Shown: one piece after another, positions 36,026-49,427 of the stretch
Layout of the letters: the number at the start of each line of letters is the position of its first letter
Position numbering within the stretch: the stretch's first letter is position 1
From: Mobula hypostoma
Taxonomy: Eukaryota
Direction: 5' to 3'
NCBI RefSeq assembly: GCF_963921235.1
Contig: NC_086118.1
Span: 18,974,001 to 19,038,000, forward strand
DNA: 64,000 nucleotides
Program-made: the position numbers and the translations under genes
The notes under the pieces: model-generated
What the model was told of the DNA's origin: nothing
The model's input: the letters and a program-made list of their open reading frames with translations, nothing else
Database searches by the model: none

Positions 36026-39000
36026 TCAATGGGATTGCTCGCTTGGAAGCTGGTAAGGCCCCATATGATTTATTTTCTCAGTAGTTTAATGTGTAGGATT
36101 GAAATATTAAACCATTACTAGATTTTCCGCGGGAAGAGTTGCACTGTAACAGTTGGCAAATACTTATAAAATCAACTTCAGTCATTTTGCAATAAAAAAT
36201 GTCAAGTATGCGCATTTCTCTACCGCAGTGCTTATATTGTATTTATGATAACTCAAGGCCACAGTAAGGGAGATTTTGGAAATGTGAGCTGAACAAACTG
36301 AACCGATAATTTTCAATCTTTTGTTACTAACTACACACCCATGGATTTTATTCCTAGCCATTATCGCCAATTGTAAGCGTGTGCACCAATAACGTCACTG
36401 CTACCTTGTTTAGTTTCCACCTGTTGCAATTGCACTTACTTTTCCCGTCGGATCAACGGAGATAAAGATTTTTGCACCCGATTAGATTTCACTCTAAGTG
36501 AAGTCGTGCATTTATATTGCGCGCATCTCCGCCGCGCCAGGCGTTCAATGCGCGTTAAAGTTAATGGAATACTCCTCAAATACAGAAGCTGGAATTCATC
36601 GGCTTCGCGTCTACTCAGGGGTCAATGCGGCGCGTATCCAAACCCCTGTGTAATCTGTGTGTAGGCGTGTGTTTTAAACTATATGTCAAGCCCATATTTT
36701 AAGACGCAGAATTCCCTTAGTTTGTGACTAAATCACGAAAGTGACCAGTCCAGCACACCATAATATCACGTCAGGAGTTCCCACTGAAGGGTTACTTCTC
36801 CCGATTTGGAGGAGAATCCATTACAGTGCAAGGAATTAGGAGTCTGAAATGGACTGCTTCAAGTAAACTCTTGAGAAGAGCATTATCTTCTGCCACTAAC
36901 CTACCAAGGAGAGTTAGAGACTTACAGTGGAGTCTCGAGAGTGGTATCATTTCGCTTGTAAATAATTTATTCAGTTTTTTTCGGAGTGATACCTTCGACT
37001 GGTTTAATGTCAGTGTAGGAGGCGGGGGAGATGACCCATAATAAAAGGTCTGATTTAGTTTAATGCACGCATTGCTCTGCCACTCGGATTTATTAAGCGA
37101 AGAATTGGCTAGGGAATCGGTTCAAATCCAGTGCGATTTAACAAACGGAAGTCTTTAAAAATGAGTATTTTGGAAGTGGATTAGAAAGGCACATTTAGTG
37201 TCGGTACGGAACTCTGAGTAACAATAAAACCAACAGGCTGAACAAAAGGTACTTGACAATGACGCCCTCTTGTTCAACGGACGCCGCCCCGCACTCTCCC
37301 TTCATTTTAATGCGCTGACATGTTTAAAGATCAGGAGGAAGTGGGAAGATTTCAAATCGAAAAGATGTAGCTAGGCGTTGTTGTTGCTGAGCAACTGAAG
37401 AAGATCAAAGTTACTAGCGAAATCTCAGTTTTTAAAAAATCATTTGCTTTCCTCGTTTCTGAAGACTCGGTGGCGCCGGCTGTGTTCTTTTTAAAAACTG
37501 TTCACACCGAGTGACCCATTCCCTCCATGGAAGTACCGCGGCCGGCATGGGCATTACTAGAGATTGAGTGAAATGTACACAGGGAAACAAAGGCGCCAGA
37601 CACATCCTCGTCACCCATGGGCAGACCACCACAGATCAGACATCTTTCTGTTCTTCAAACATTAACCAGTTCATGTATTTAAAAGTGAATCATCGGTCTT
37701 GTCCTTTAAATGGAGACATCTCGTGGGTACCGAGTTTCACTGCTGCCTCTGATTCTTTTAAAAATTATTTTTGTCTTTTTCAATACGTTTCAGTTACAGA
37801 TAATAACCCTGACAATGCCCTGCTCCGGCGCTTGTCTTCCTTAGTAAGTCATCAAAGCCCTGTGAACCGAAGAGATTTCATTTCAGCACCAGCTGGACAA
37901 CATAGAAATGAATGCCATTTCATACAATCTACTTCAAACATGATATAGATAAGCGGAAGTTGAAACAAATCAGGGCCGTGATAGATGGAACACGGTCACA
38001 GGACAGCTGCCTATCGAATTAGCATTGTATATATTGCAATATATTAATATTAGTGGGTGGGTCCATTATAAGCACTGTATGTGCACTGGACACAGAAAAA
38101 TTACTTTTAATGCAATAATATTTGCCGTTTTTGATGGAAAGGTTACGCTGCTGGAAGATGATACAGTACTGTGACTGCAACCTCTTCTTCATCGTCTGAC
38201 TCCGGAGGATTCAAGGAAGCTTCAACTGTAAATTGTGTATGGACAAAAATCACAACATTCTGTGAGCACATGAATAACTAAAGTCAATAACTCTCTCCTT
38301 ATTTCTGTTCCTCCTACATTTGAACATATGAGTAGTTAATTTCTGATTTACTCAAATGTACAGCGAGGAAAAAAGAACTTAAAATACATAAATGGGGACA
38401 TACCGCCGGTTTCTTATAAAGTCTGATTCTTATTGGGATATCTTATTAACCCAACCTATTGCAAAGTGAGGAAGTGCTTATGTCACATTTCATGCTGTAT
38501 CATCTCTCAGTTTTAAGATCACTGTAGCCCGTTGCCAGGCTACTAACAAAGTTACGCACTTCTCTCTTCCTGCCTGGATATAGGAATTGCATAAAAGCAA
38601 TAAAATGCTGAATCGATGGTCTAAATGGTGTAGAAACCATTCAAATTGTGTTTGCAAGACGAAAAATAATATAGAACCTTATGAAAAACTTTGTGCTGTT
38701 AATATATGAGGAATATATACTATATGGATATGCTTAAATCAAAGTGATCTCGTTTCAGGATAAACCTAGACCTTACACTCTTCCTTTTTATTCCCAATTG
38801 CTTCCACAATGTTCCCTCTCTCCTGAGAAATAATTGGACATATCATCATCTTTGTTTTCAATTTTCATACTTTCGCTTACAGAATTGTTTTGCATTTTGG
38901 TCATTCCTGTCGAGGAACTGATCCAGGCTGCAGTTTGTGGGAGGTCAAAATGTTACCCCCACTCGCTCACTGAATTCTCACAAGCATTGCCCGCTGTCGA

Positions 39001-39682
39001 AATGACAAGAGATTCTGACTACTTTCCCAGTCAGAACTCCGTCTGATTTTCCAATGGCTAAGTATGATGTGTCGCCGTTTGGAGTTTGTTAGTTTTTAGC
39101 AGCTGACGACCCATATCCCGCTCCCTCGTTATTTTTTTCTATTATTATTTGATCTCTTTTTCTGGCATTTTCTCTCGGCAGTTGGAACTTCCCCTTTTAT
39201 TTTCTGGTCAGCATCTGCATTTTTTCATCATTGCCCTTTGCTTTTCTTGCCCCCTCTCTCCTTTCCTCATTTGTTGCATTGTATTTTCGGGCTGACGGCT
39301 AAATGAATAACCGACACGAAATCAGCCAAACACCTAACCGCCACGCTCAGGGTTAAACACACCTTTTATTTTCGGGGGAGCCCTACAGAGCTGAATCACT
39401 ACAATTTTGAACTGAATTGGAACATATCCATTTAGAAACGTTTATTAACTTCACGCAAAGTGACAAACGCCTGGTTATATTTTACTATTTCCCGAAGTTG
39501 AGTTTATGATAGTTACCTAAGGTATAGGTATTGAGCAATGGCAGAGCTAAACTAGTTAGCTTATAGCTAGACCAGACTGCTCGATATATTAAGATCATTT
39601 TCTCTTTCTGCGTTTTTTTATCCAATATGTATCAAGTATTGTTACCACCCTTTGCTCAATATGCAAATATTATTTCCTCATA

Positions 39683-40198
39683 CACTCAGTGACCACAGAA
39701 TATACGTTCCTGGTCTTCTGCTGCTGTACCCCATCCACTTCAAGCTTCCACGTGTTGTGTGTTCGGAGATGTCCTTCTGCACGCCACTGTCATAACACAT
39801 TTGAGTTACTGTCACCTTCCAGTCAGCTTGAACCAGTCTGGTCATTCTCCTCTGACCTCTCTCACTAACAAGGCACTTTTGACCACCGAACTACCACTCA
39901 CTGGATGGTTTTTGTTGCTTTCCACACCATTCTGAGTAAACTTCAGAGACTGTCGTGGTCCCAGGAGATCAACAGTCTCGGAGATATCCAAAACACCCTA
40001 TATGCCACCAACAATCATTCCACAGTCAAAGTTACTAAGATCATATTGCTTCCTGATTCTGGTACTTGGTCTGAGCAACAACTGAACCTCTTGACCATGT
40101 CTGCATGCATTTATGCATTGAGTTGCTGACACATGAATGGCTGATTAGATATTTGCATTAGCATGTACATCAGTACCTAATAAAGTGACCACTAAGTG
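39683..40198. mobile_element. Tc1/mariner-type non-autonomous DNA transposon
   Basis: TA|cactcagtgaccac ... gtgaccactaagtg|TA imperfect TIRs with TA TSD. Confidence 0.7.
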
Positions 40199-41089
40199 TA
40201 AATATTTTAGTGATTATTGATGACTTTGTTCAGTCATGTGGATGAAGAGCAATAAAAGAAATATTGTTCTTCTCGGGGTGATTTCAATGAACCTGACTGG
40301 AATTAATTTAACCCACAGTTAAACAAAACTGGATTTTGATGTCTCTCTGAGCAATGACACTGGGAACACACAGACAAAAGAACCCTCAGATTTAATCTCT
40401 GCACGTCATTGAGTTAACTGATGTCAGTCAGTTTTGTCATAGGGAGCACACAATTGGTTTAATCACTCCAAAATGAGAAGAAGAGAAAGCTATCTAGCTT
40501 TGATCATTCTTTGGCAAATCATCCTGAATGCCTGAAGGGCATGTGTTGTAGATATTAGAATAGGACATAATGATGATTGATTCTGATGTTCCTGAGTTGT
40601 CAGGAATCCTGATGACATTCAGTGTAATGGCACAAAAATGCATTATAATATTCAGTTTTGTGAGTAATACTCCAGAAATTTTCCCAGGTTTAATAATTCT
40701 GTATGAATTACTTCCATATGGACACAGAACGCCTGGACTTACTTTCACAGAGCAATATTAGTGAAATTTGCGTGAAGCCCATGGATCAGAAGAAAATCCT
40801 TGCCATGGTGTATTTATCTTACTTATTCACATTATATGTGTGGAATTACCCAGACCAAATTTTCTTTAGAAAGTGCTAATGAGCTGCCTTCATGAACTTC
40901 TGTAGACTTTCTGTGGTGGGTGTCTCCACAATGCTGTAAGGTGAAGAGTTCCAAGATTTTAATCAATTGATGATAAAAAAAATTGTAGAATATTTCTAGT
41001 GCTCTATGATATGAGACGAGATGGGAAATTGCAGATAGTGATATTTCCATTGACTTGTAGCCCTGGTCCTTGCATAATAAAGAAAATAA

Positions 41090-41464
41090 GAACATAGAGA
41101 AGATAGAAGCAGAACTCAGACCTTTGAACCCTCCCTTCTATTCAGCATGATCATGGCTGTAGTACCCCAGGTTTCATCTCCTCTTCTCTGTCAGTTCCCC
41201 ATTGCCCTTTACTTCCCCAATATTTCAAAATTGTATCAATGTCCTCTTTAAATATCCTCAATGATGTGTCCTCTACAATATCCCGGGGTAGAAAATTCCA
41301 GAAATTCATCATTATTTGATTTAAATGACCATCCCTTAATCTGTACTGTCTCCCTCCATTTGAGATTCTTCCACGAGTGGCGGCATCTCAGTGTCATTCA
41401 GTCTTGTCCCTTCAGGTTCTCATTTGACTCAATAGCATCATCACTCATTTGTTAAAACTCCAGA
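41090..41464 (-). mobile_element. Old CR1 3' fragment
   Basis: CR1-type 3' UTR (aagaacatagagaagatagaagcag..) and ORF2 end on the minus strand. Confidence 0.55.
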
Positions 41465-41476
41465 TCCAAAATATAT

Positions 41477-41675
41477 ATGCAACACACATCAAAGTTGCTG
41501 GTGAACGCAGCAGGCCAGGCAGCATCTCTAGGAAGAGGTACAGTCGAAGGGTCTTGGCCTGAAACGTCGACTGTACCTCTTCCTAGAGATGCTGCCTGGC
41601 CTGCTGCGTTCACCAGCAACTTCGATGTGCGTTGCTTGAATTTCCAGCATCTGCAGATTTCCTCGTGTTTGCGTT
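41477..41675. mobile_element. Young Penelope-derived fold-back element
   Basis: 69-bp inverted arms (41479-41547 and 41567-41635) with 2 mismatches. 12-bp TSD tccaaaatatat at 41465-41476 and 41676-41687. Confidence 0.85.
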
Positions 41676-42049
41676 TCCAAAATATATGTATTTAATTCCC
41701 TTAACTGCTAATGATAGACCAACCTTCTCATCTTTTAAAAGTTGTTGGTATGAAATATTGTTGAGAATATCCTTTCATTTTCTTATACAGATTGATACTG
41801 GTGTTCCCTTTGCCAGAGAGCCTGATGTCACAAAGTATCGCAGCACACAAATGCATCACAATTGTGAGTAATAAATACTCCTAAATTTTATCTGCCACAT
41901 TAAGACAATTACAAGTCAGCCTACTACCGTCTTAAAAATATAGCAAGATTTATAGGGCTTATGTCTCAGCAAGATCTATAAAAATTCTTCTATGCATTTA
42001 TTTTTAGTGGACTTAACTACTGTAATGGCATTTTCATAGGTCCCTGTAA

Positions 42050-42565
42050 AAATTCTCTCAGACAGCAGCAGCTCATTCAGAACGCTGTTGCTGGAGTCCT
42101 CACTAAGACCAAAAAGTAGCACATATCACTCCAGTTCTCAGATCGCTACAATGGCTTCCTGTCCATCAGAGGACTGACTTTAAAATACTGCTACTGGTTT
42201 ATAAAGCACAGATTCATCTAGGGCCAAAGTACATCTCCAATCTCTCGCTGCATTATGAACTCTCAGGTCATCTGAGACAGATCTGTTTACCATCCCCAGA
42301 GTCAAAACTAAACACGGTGAAGCAGCTTTCAGTTACCATGCTCCACATATCTGGATTAACCTTCCAGAGGATCTGAAGTCTGCCCCAACTTTAAAGTCCT
42401 TTAAAGTGAGGCTTAAAACTTTTATTTTGCTGTAGTTTTTAATTAGAATCTCCTGCACTGTAACTTCTATTTATTATATCTATTGTTTGTGTGATTTTAT
42501 TCTCTTATATATCGTCTGAAACTTGATGTGTGAAAAGTGCTCTACAAATGAACTTGCTTGCTTGC
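42050..42565 (+). mobile_element. L2 LINE 3' fragment
   Basis: QLIQNAVAGVLTKT..HITPVLRSLQWLPVHQRTDFKILLLVYKA..AFSYHAPHIW is the L2 ORF2 C-terminus, followed by a gtgctctacaaatgaacttg tail. Confidence 0.8.
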
Positions 42566-44514
42566 TGATATTCTAAACATTTTCCACAAGCTATGAGCCA
42601 GAGCGTTCTTTCTTTCTCAGACTAGTGCTAAACCTGTTGGAAGGGTGTGACGGGCAGTTTTTCCAGGATGGTGTTAAGATTGCTGAGTTGTACTGTGACC
42701 TTGCCAAGTGAAGAGTAGCCTATCATATGCCAGTGCTCGTGTTTTGTTGATGAGGGAAATGCTTCACCAAGTCACATGATATAAAATAATTTACTGATCA
42801 ATACATAGTCCCAAGCCAGCTCCAACATTACATGGCTGATCTGCTAGAAATTAGATCAGTGACGACCCCCAGGATGTTGATGCAGCTGTTTCACACTGGT
42901 AAGTAATATTGAAATGCCCCTGTCATTGCGGGGAACCAGTCCAGTCTGAAGAAGTCTCTGAACAGGTACCACCAACATATCACCTGAGGAACCAAAGGAG
43001 CCAACATATTTAACCACTGTTATACCACCATCAAAAGTGTAGACGTGCCATCCCATGTCTCCACTTTGGAAAGTCCAATCACCTGACTGTGCTTCTATTC
43101 CTGGCATACAGGGAGCAACTAAGGACCACACAGCCAATGGTGAGCACCGAGATGGTATGGTCAAGGGAGGCGGAGGAGCGCTTACAGGACTGCTTTGATT
43201 TGGTGGACTGGACAATATTCAGGGACTCATCTTCGAATCTGAATTAATGTCCCACAGTTGTCACCGACTTCATCAAGACCTGAATGCATGGATGTGTGCC
43301 TTCAAGAAAATGCCAGACATAACAAAACCAAAAGCCATGGATGAACCAGGAGATTCGTAGTCTGCTGAAGGCTAGATCTGTTCCATTCATGACTGGTTAT
43401 CCAGAATTATGCAAGAAATACAGGTACAGCCAATGGAAGGCTATTCTAAAGACAGGAAATAATTCCAATTGAAGTTACAGATGGAATCAGGCACACATCA
43501 GCTCTGGCAGGGTTTGTAGGCTATTACTTCCTACAAAACAAAACCTAATTTCGTGATTGTCTATATAGTACTTCACTTCCAGATGAGTTCAACACCTTTT
43601 ATGCATGCTTTGAAAGGGAGAATAAAGCTACACCTATGCAAATCCCTTCAGTATCTGGTGACCCTGTGTGCTCTGTCCTGGAGGCCAACGTCAGAACATC
43701 TTTGAGGAGGGTGAACCCCTGCGTGGGGTCTGGCCCTGATGCTGTATCTGTTAGGGCATTGAAAACCTGTGCCACCCCACCGGTGGGAGTTTTCAAGGAC
43801 AACTTCAATTTCTCATTGATACAGTTGGAGGTTTCTGCCTGCTTCAAGAGGACGACAATCACACCAGTGCCCAAGAAGAGCAGGGTGAGTTGCCTCAATG
43901 ATTACCATCCAGTTACACTCACATTTACTATGATGAAACACGTTGAGAGTCTGGTCATGGCCTGAATCAATTCCTGCCCAAGCAAGGACCTGGACCCATT
44001 GGAATTTGCTTATTGCCGCAATAAGTCTATAGTGGATGCAACCTCACTGGCTCTCCACTTGGCCTTGGATCACCTAGACAATAGCATTACCTACATAAGG
44101 CTGTTGCTTATTGATCACAGCTAAGCATTCAGCATAATCATACCCTCAGTTCTAATCAACAAGCTCCAAAACCTGGCCTCTGAACCTCCCTCTGCAAATG
44201 GATCTTTGATTTCCTCATTGGGAGATCACAATCAATTGGGATCGAAAGTGACATCTCCTCCTCACTGACAACCAACACTAGTGTACCGAAAGGATGTGTA
44301 CTTAGCCCACTGCTCTACTCTTTTCAACACTTATAACTGTGTGCTTAGGCACAGCTCAAACTGCATCTATAAACTTGCTGAAGACACAACTATCGCTGGT
44401 AGAATTTCAGATGGTGACGAGAAGGTATTAGAGCATGATAGATCAGCTAGTTGAGTGGGGTTGCAACAACAACCTTGCACCCAATATCAGTAAAACCAAG
44501 GAATTGATTGTGGA

Positions 44515-44650
44515 ACGCAAACGCGAGGAATTCTGTAGATGCTGGAAATTCAAGCAACACACATCAAAGTTGCTGGCGAACGCAGCAGGCCAGGCAGCAT
44601 CTCTGGGAAGAGGTACAGTCGACGTTTCGGGCCAAGACCCTTCATCAGGA
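44515..44650 (-). mobile_element. Penelope-derived short repeat (single arm) with hammerhead-like core
   Basis: Near-identical to the 41477-41675 family. Imperfect TSD tgattgtgga/ttattgtgga. Minus strand reads CTGATGA-agggtcttggccc-GAAAC. Confidence 0.8.
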
Positions 44651-44767
44651 TTTATTGTGGACTTCAGGAGGGGAAGTCGAGGGAGCACATACTAGTCCTC
44701 ATCAAGAAATTATCTGCAGAAAGGGTGAACGGTTTCAAGATCCTGGGTGTCAATATCTTTGAAGATA

Positions 44768-47700
44768 ACCTAATCTTGCAATGAGATGGGAACCAGAGTA
44801 ATAGTGCTGAGGATGAGGTAGTTAGTTTACAAACAAAGGCAATCTGTAATGAGACTCCTAGCAAGGAGAAGCTGATGACAGGGAAAAATTGCAGTCAACA
44901 GGATGAGTTGCAATGTAAAAGCAGACAAAATCAAAAAGGTTGAACGCAGGACTGAAGTTGGTATATCTGAATGCGCGCATTATATGGAATACAGTAGATG
45001 AACTTATAGAACAGTTATAGATTGGCATGTATGATGTGGGCATCACTGAATCATGGTTGAAAGAAGACTATAACAGAGAGCTTAACGTCTAAGAATACAT
45101 TGTATCAAAAGAACAGGCAGGTAGGCAGAGGGGTTGGTGTGGTTCTGCTGGTATAAATAAAATAATATCATTAGAAAGAGGTGACATAGAGTTGGAAGGT
45201 GCTGAATCATTGTGGGTAGAGCTAAGGAACTGCAAGGGTAAAGAGACCATGACGGGAGTTACATACGGGCCCCAAACAATAGTAAGGATGCGGTCTACAA
45301 ATTACAATGGGAGATAGAAAAGGCATAACAAAAGAGCGATGTTACAACAGTCATAGGGGATTTCAATATGATTAGATTAGATTATGAAGACACGTAGTCC
45401 TCTTTTATTGTCATTTAGTAATGCATGCATTAAGAAATGATACATTATTTCCTCTGGTGTGATATCACAAAACGCAGGACAGACCAAGACTGAAAAAACT
45501 GACAACCATATAATTATAACATATAGTTACAAACAGTGCAACAATACCATAACTTGATGAAGAAGTCCATAAGCACAGTAAAGTTCAAAGTTTCTCAAAT
45601 GTCCCACATCTCACGCAGACGGGAGAAGGAAGAAAAACTCTCCCTGCCATGCCGACCACAATCCGACACTGAGTCATCCGAAAACTTCGAGCTCTGATCA
45701 GCTCTCCAACACCGAGTACTGAGCGCCATCTCTGTCCGAATGATTCGAGCTCCCTCTCAGTCGCCAAAAGCAGGCAAGGCTGGGGATTTTGAGGCCTACC
45801 CTCCGAAAGGTTTCCGACTACACAGTAACGACAGCAGCGAACGGGTGTTTCAGAAATTTCTCCAGATGTTCCTCTGTGCTTTCACTTCCATTCTCCATCA
45901 AATCAGAATTGTCCACGGCCCCTATTTAACAGATATGATATCATTTTTCACCAGAGCGCTGCGCACGCGCAGGTACGCTGCCATCTTCTCCTCCCGCCAT
46001 CCTGCTTTGGGAAGATTTGCAGGAAGACTTGGGAAAATCAAGTTGGTGCTGGATCTCAAGAGGAGGAGTTTCTAAAGTGACAAGATGGCTTTTTAGAGCC
46101 GCTCATGGTTGAGCCCACTAGGGGGACCAACTATTCTCGATTGGGTGTTGTGCAATGACCAGAATTGATAAGAAAATTTAAGGTAGAAGAACCCTTAAGG
46201 TAAAGTGATCATAATATGATCAAATTCACCCTGAAATATGAGAAGGAGAAGCTAAAGTTGGACATATCAATATTACAGTGGAGTAAAGGGAATTACGGAG
46301 ACGTGAGAGAGGAGCAGGCCAATATTGATTGGAAAAGAACACTGGCAGGGATGATGGCAGAGCAGCAGTAGCTGAAATTTTTCTGGAAACAATTCAGAAG
46401 GCACAGCATATATACATCCCACAAAGGAAGATGTATTCTAAAGGCAAGATAACACAACTGTGGCTAACAGGAGAAGTCAAAGCCAACATAAAGCCAAAGA
46501 GAGGGCATATAATAGATCAAAGATTAGTGGGAGGTTAGAGTATTGTGAAGCTTTTCAAAACTAACAAATGACAATTAAAAAGTTAATTAAAAAGACAATT
46601 AAGAAGGAAAAGGTGGAATATGAAAGTGACCTAGACAAAAATATTAAAGAGGATACCAAAGATTTCTTCAGATACATAAAGTGCAAAAGAGAGTTGAGAG
46701 TGGATATTGGACCACTGGAAAACAATGCTGGAGAGATAGTAATAAGGGACAAGGAACTCATAAGTATTTGCATCATTGTTCACTGTGGAAGACACTAGCA
46801 GTATGGTGGAAGTTCCAGAGTATAAAGGGTCAGAAGTGTGTGAAGTTGCATTACTAGGGAGAAAGTTCTTGGGAAACTGCAAGGTCTGAAAGTAGATGAA
46901 TCACCAGGAGCAGATGATGTTGCAATGGTGATCTGAAAGAGGTGGCTGAAGAGATTGTGGAAGCATCAGTATGATCTTTCAAGAATCAGTAAATTATGAG
47001 ATGCTTCTGGAAGACTGGAAAATTGCAAATGTCACTCCAAGAAAGGAGAGAGGCAGAAGAAAGTAAAGTATAGGCCAGTTAGTCTGACCTCAGTGGTTGG
47101 GAAAATGCTGTAATTGATTGTTAAGGATGTGGTTTCAGGGCACTTGGAGGAACATTATAAAATAGGCCATAGTTGGCATAGTTTTCTGAAGGGAAAATCT
47201 CGCCTGACAAATCTGTTGGAATTCTTTGAAGAAATAACAAGCAGGATAGCCAAAGGAGAATCAGTTGATGTTGTGTACCTAGAATTTCAGAAGGCCTTTT
47301 CCAAAGTGCCACACATGAAGCTGCTTAACAAGTTAAGAGCCCAAGATATTACAGGAAAAATACTAGCATTGATAAATTAGTGGCTGATTGGCAGGAGACA
47401 AAGAGTGGAAATAAAGGGAGCCTTTTCTGGTTGGCTGCCAGTGACTAGTGGTGCTCCACAATGGTCTGTGTTTGGACCACTTCTTTTTGCATTATATGTC
47501 AATGACTTTGATGAAGAAATTGATCACTTTGTTGCAAAGTTTGCAGATGATACAAAGGTGGGTAGAGGGGTAGGTGGTTTTAAGGAACAGAAGTAGTTAG
47601 ACGGTATGGGAGAATGGCCAAAGAAGTGGCAGATGGAATATAATGTCAAAAATATACAGTAATGTACTTTGGTAGAAGAAATAAAAGGGTAGACTATTTT

Positions 47701-48440
47701 CAAAAAGGGGAAAAAGACAAAAATCCAAGGCACAAAGGGACTTGGGAATCCTTGTGCAGGGTTCTCTAAAGATTAATTTGCAGGTTGAGTCAGTGGTGAG
47801 GAAGGCAAATGTGATGTTAGCATTCATTTCAAGAGGACTAGAATATAAAAGCAAAGATATAATTTTGAGGAGTTATAAAACATTGGTGAGGTCTCACTTG
47901 GAGTATTGTGTGCAGTTTGTGGTCTCTTATCTCAGAAAGGATGTGCTGAAACTGCAGAGGGCTCAAAAGAGGTTCACAAAAATGATTCCAGGATTGAATG
48001 ACTTGTTATATTAAGAGCGTTGTTTGGCCCCAAGCCTTTATTCACTGGAATTCAGAAGAATGAGGGGTGGCCTAATTGAAACCTATCGAATGGTGGAAGG
48101 CCTTGATAGAGTGGATGTGGAAAGGATGATTGCTCTGGTGGAAGAGTCTAAGACTGGAGGACACAGCCTCAGAATTGAGAACAGTGATGAGGAGGAATCC
48201 CTTTAGCCAAATAGTGATGAATCTTTGGAATTTGTTGCCTCAGGCAGCTGGGGAGGCTATATCTTTATGAATATTTAAGGAAAAGGTTGATAGATTCTTG
48301 ATTGGTGCAGGCAAGAAGGGATACGGGGAGAAGGCAGGAGACTGGGGCTGAGAGGAGTAATGGATCAGCCATGATGAAATGGTGGAGCAGACTCAATCAG
48401 TCAAATTGTCTAATTCTTCTCCTATATCTTATGATCTTAT
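44768..48440 (+). mobile_element. CR1 LINE, near full-length degenerate ORF2
   Basis: EN (YLNAR, VGITESW, GDFN, SDHN) and RT (LTNLLEFFEE, FQKAFSKVPH, KFADDTK, LVRSHLEYC) motifs, with a cttatgatcttat tail. Confidence 0.88.
45371..45998 (-). mobile_element. Second copy of the (TCTAA)n-tailed non-autonomous element
   Basis: Collinear with 8152-8835 (tcctcttttattgtcatttagtaatgcatgcatta..; ccatcttctcctccc end). Confidence 0.75.
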
Positions 48441-48921
48441 ATCTATCCAGGCCCAACATATTGATGCAATTACAAAGAAGGCACGACAGTGGCTATATTT
48501 CATTAGGAGTTTGAGGAAATGTTGTATGTCGCCAAAGACTCCCACAGATTTCTACAAATGAACAGTGGAGAGCATTCTAATTGGTTGCATTACTATCTGG
48601 CATGGGGAAAACATTGCACAGGATCAAAAAAAGATGCAGAAAGTTGTAAACTCAACCAACTCGATCATGGGCACTAGCCTCCTCAGCATCAAGAGCACCT
48701 TCAAAAGGCAATGCCTCAAAAAGGCAGCATCCATTATTAAAGACCACAATCACCGAGGACATGCTCTCTTCTCACTGCTACCATCAAGGAGGAGTTATAG
48801 GAGCCCGAAGGCATACACTCAGCATTTCAGAAATAGCTTTTTCCTCTCTGCCATTAGATTTCTGAATGGACAATGAACCCATAGATACTCCTCACTTTTT
48901 TCTTTGCTCCCGTTTTGAACT

Positions 48922-49427
48922 CTCTGTCTGTCTAGGTACTATATCTGATGCAGACTTTGGTGACCATGGTTTTCCATATAGATCTATCCTTCTTTTTTTG
49001 GATGACTTCCATTTCCTCAATGTGTAGCCACCTAGCTACACTATTGCTGTACATAAGCCGATGTCTTCCTCTAGGTTTGCTCCCCTCAATCTTTCCAGAG
49101 AGTATGAGTTTTTCTAATTCATCCTTCCGCATGATGTGTCTGAAGAATCTGAGTTGTCTTTCTCTTATTGTTGGTATGGGTGATCGAACTGCTTGGGCTC
49201 TTCTGAGAACTTCTTCATTTGATGTGTGTGTTGTCCATGATATTTTTAACATTCTCCTGTAGAACCATAATTCAGCTGCTTCTAGTCTCTTTTCCATTGC
49301 TGGGGAAATTGTCCAGCATTCACTTCCATAAGTCAGGATAGAATAAATGTAGCACTGCAGTATTCTGTTTTTAGTGTACGTGCTCATCTTTCTGTCTGTT
49401 AATATGGTCTTCATTTTTTTCCAGGGT
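48922..49427 (-). mobile_element. RTE-clade LINE 3' fragment
   Basis: Open ORF KNRILQCYIYSILTYGSECWT..RRMLKISW..NEEVLRR..GKIEGSKPRGR with an (agac)n tail. TSD ttgaact at 48915-48921 and 49461-49467. Confidence 0.85.

Larger units (their letters stand above)
32800..37800. promoter_or_regulatory. CpG-enriched, transposon-poor region around the SHISA6 5' end
   Basis: CpG is visibly frequent here versus CpG-depleted flanks. Boundaries judged by eye, not computed. Confidence 0.6.
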
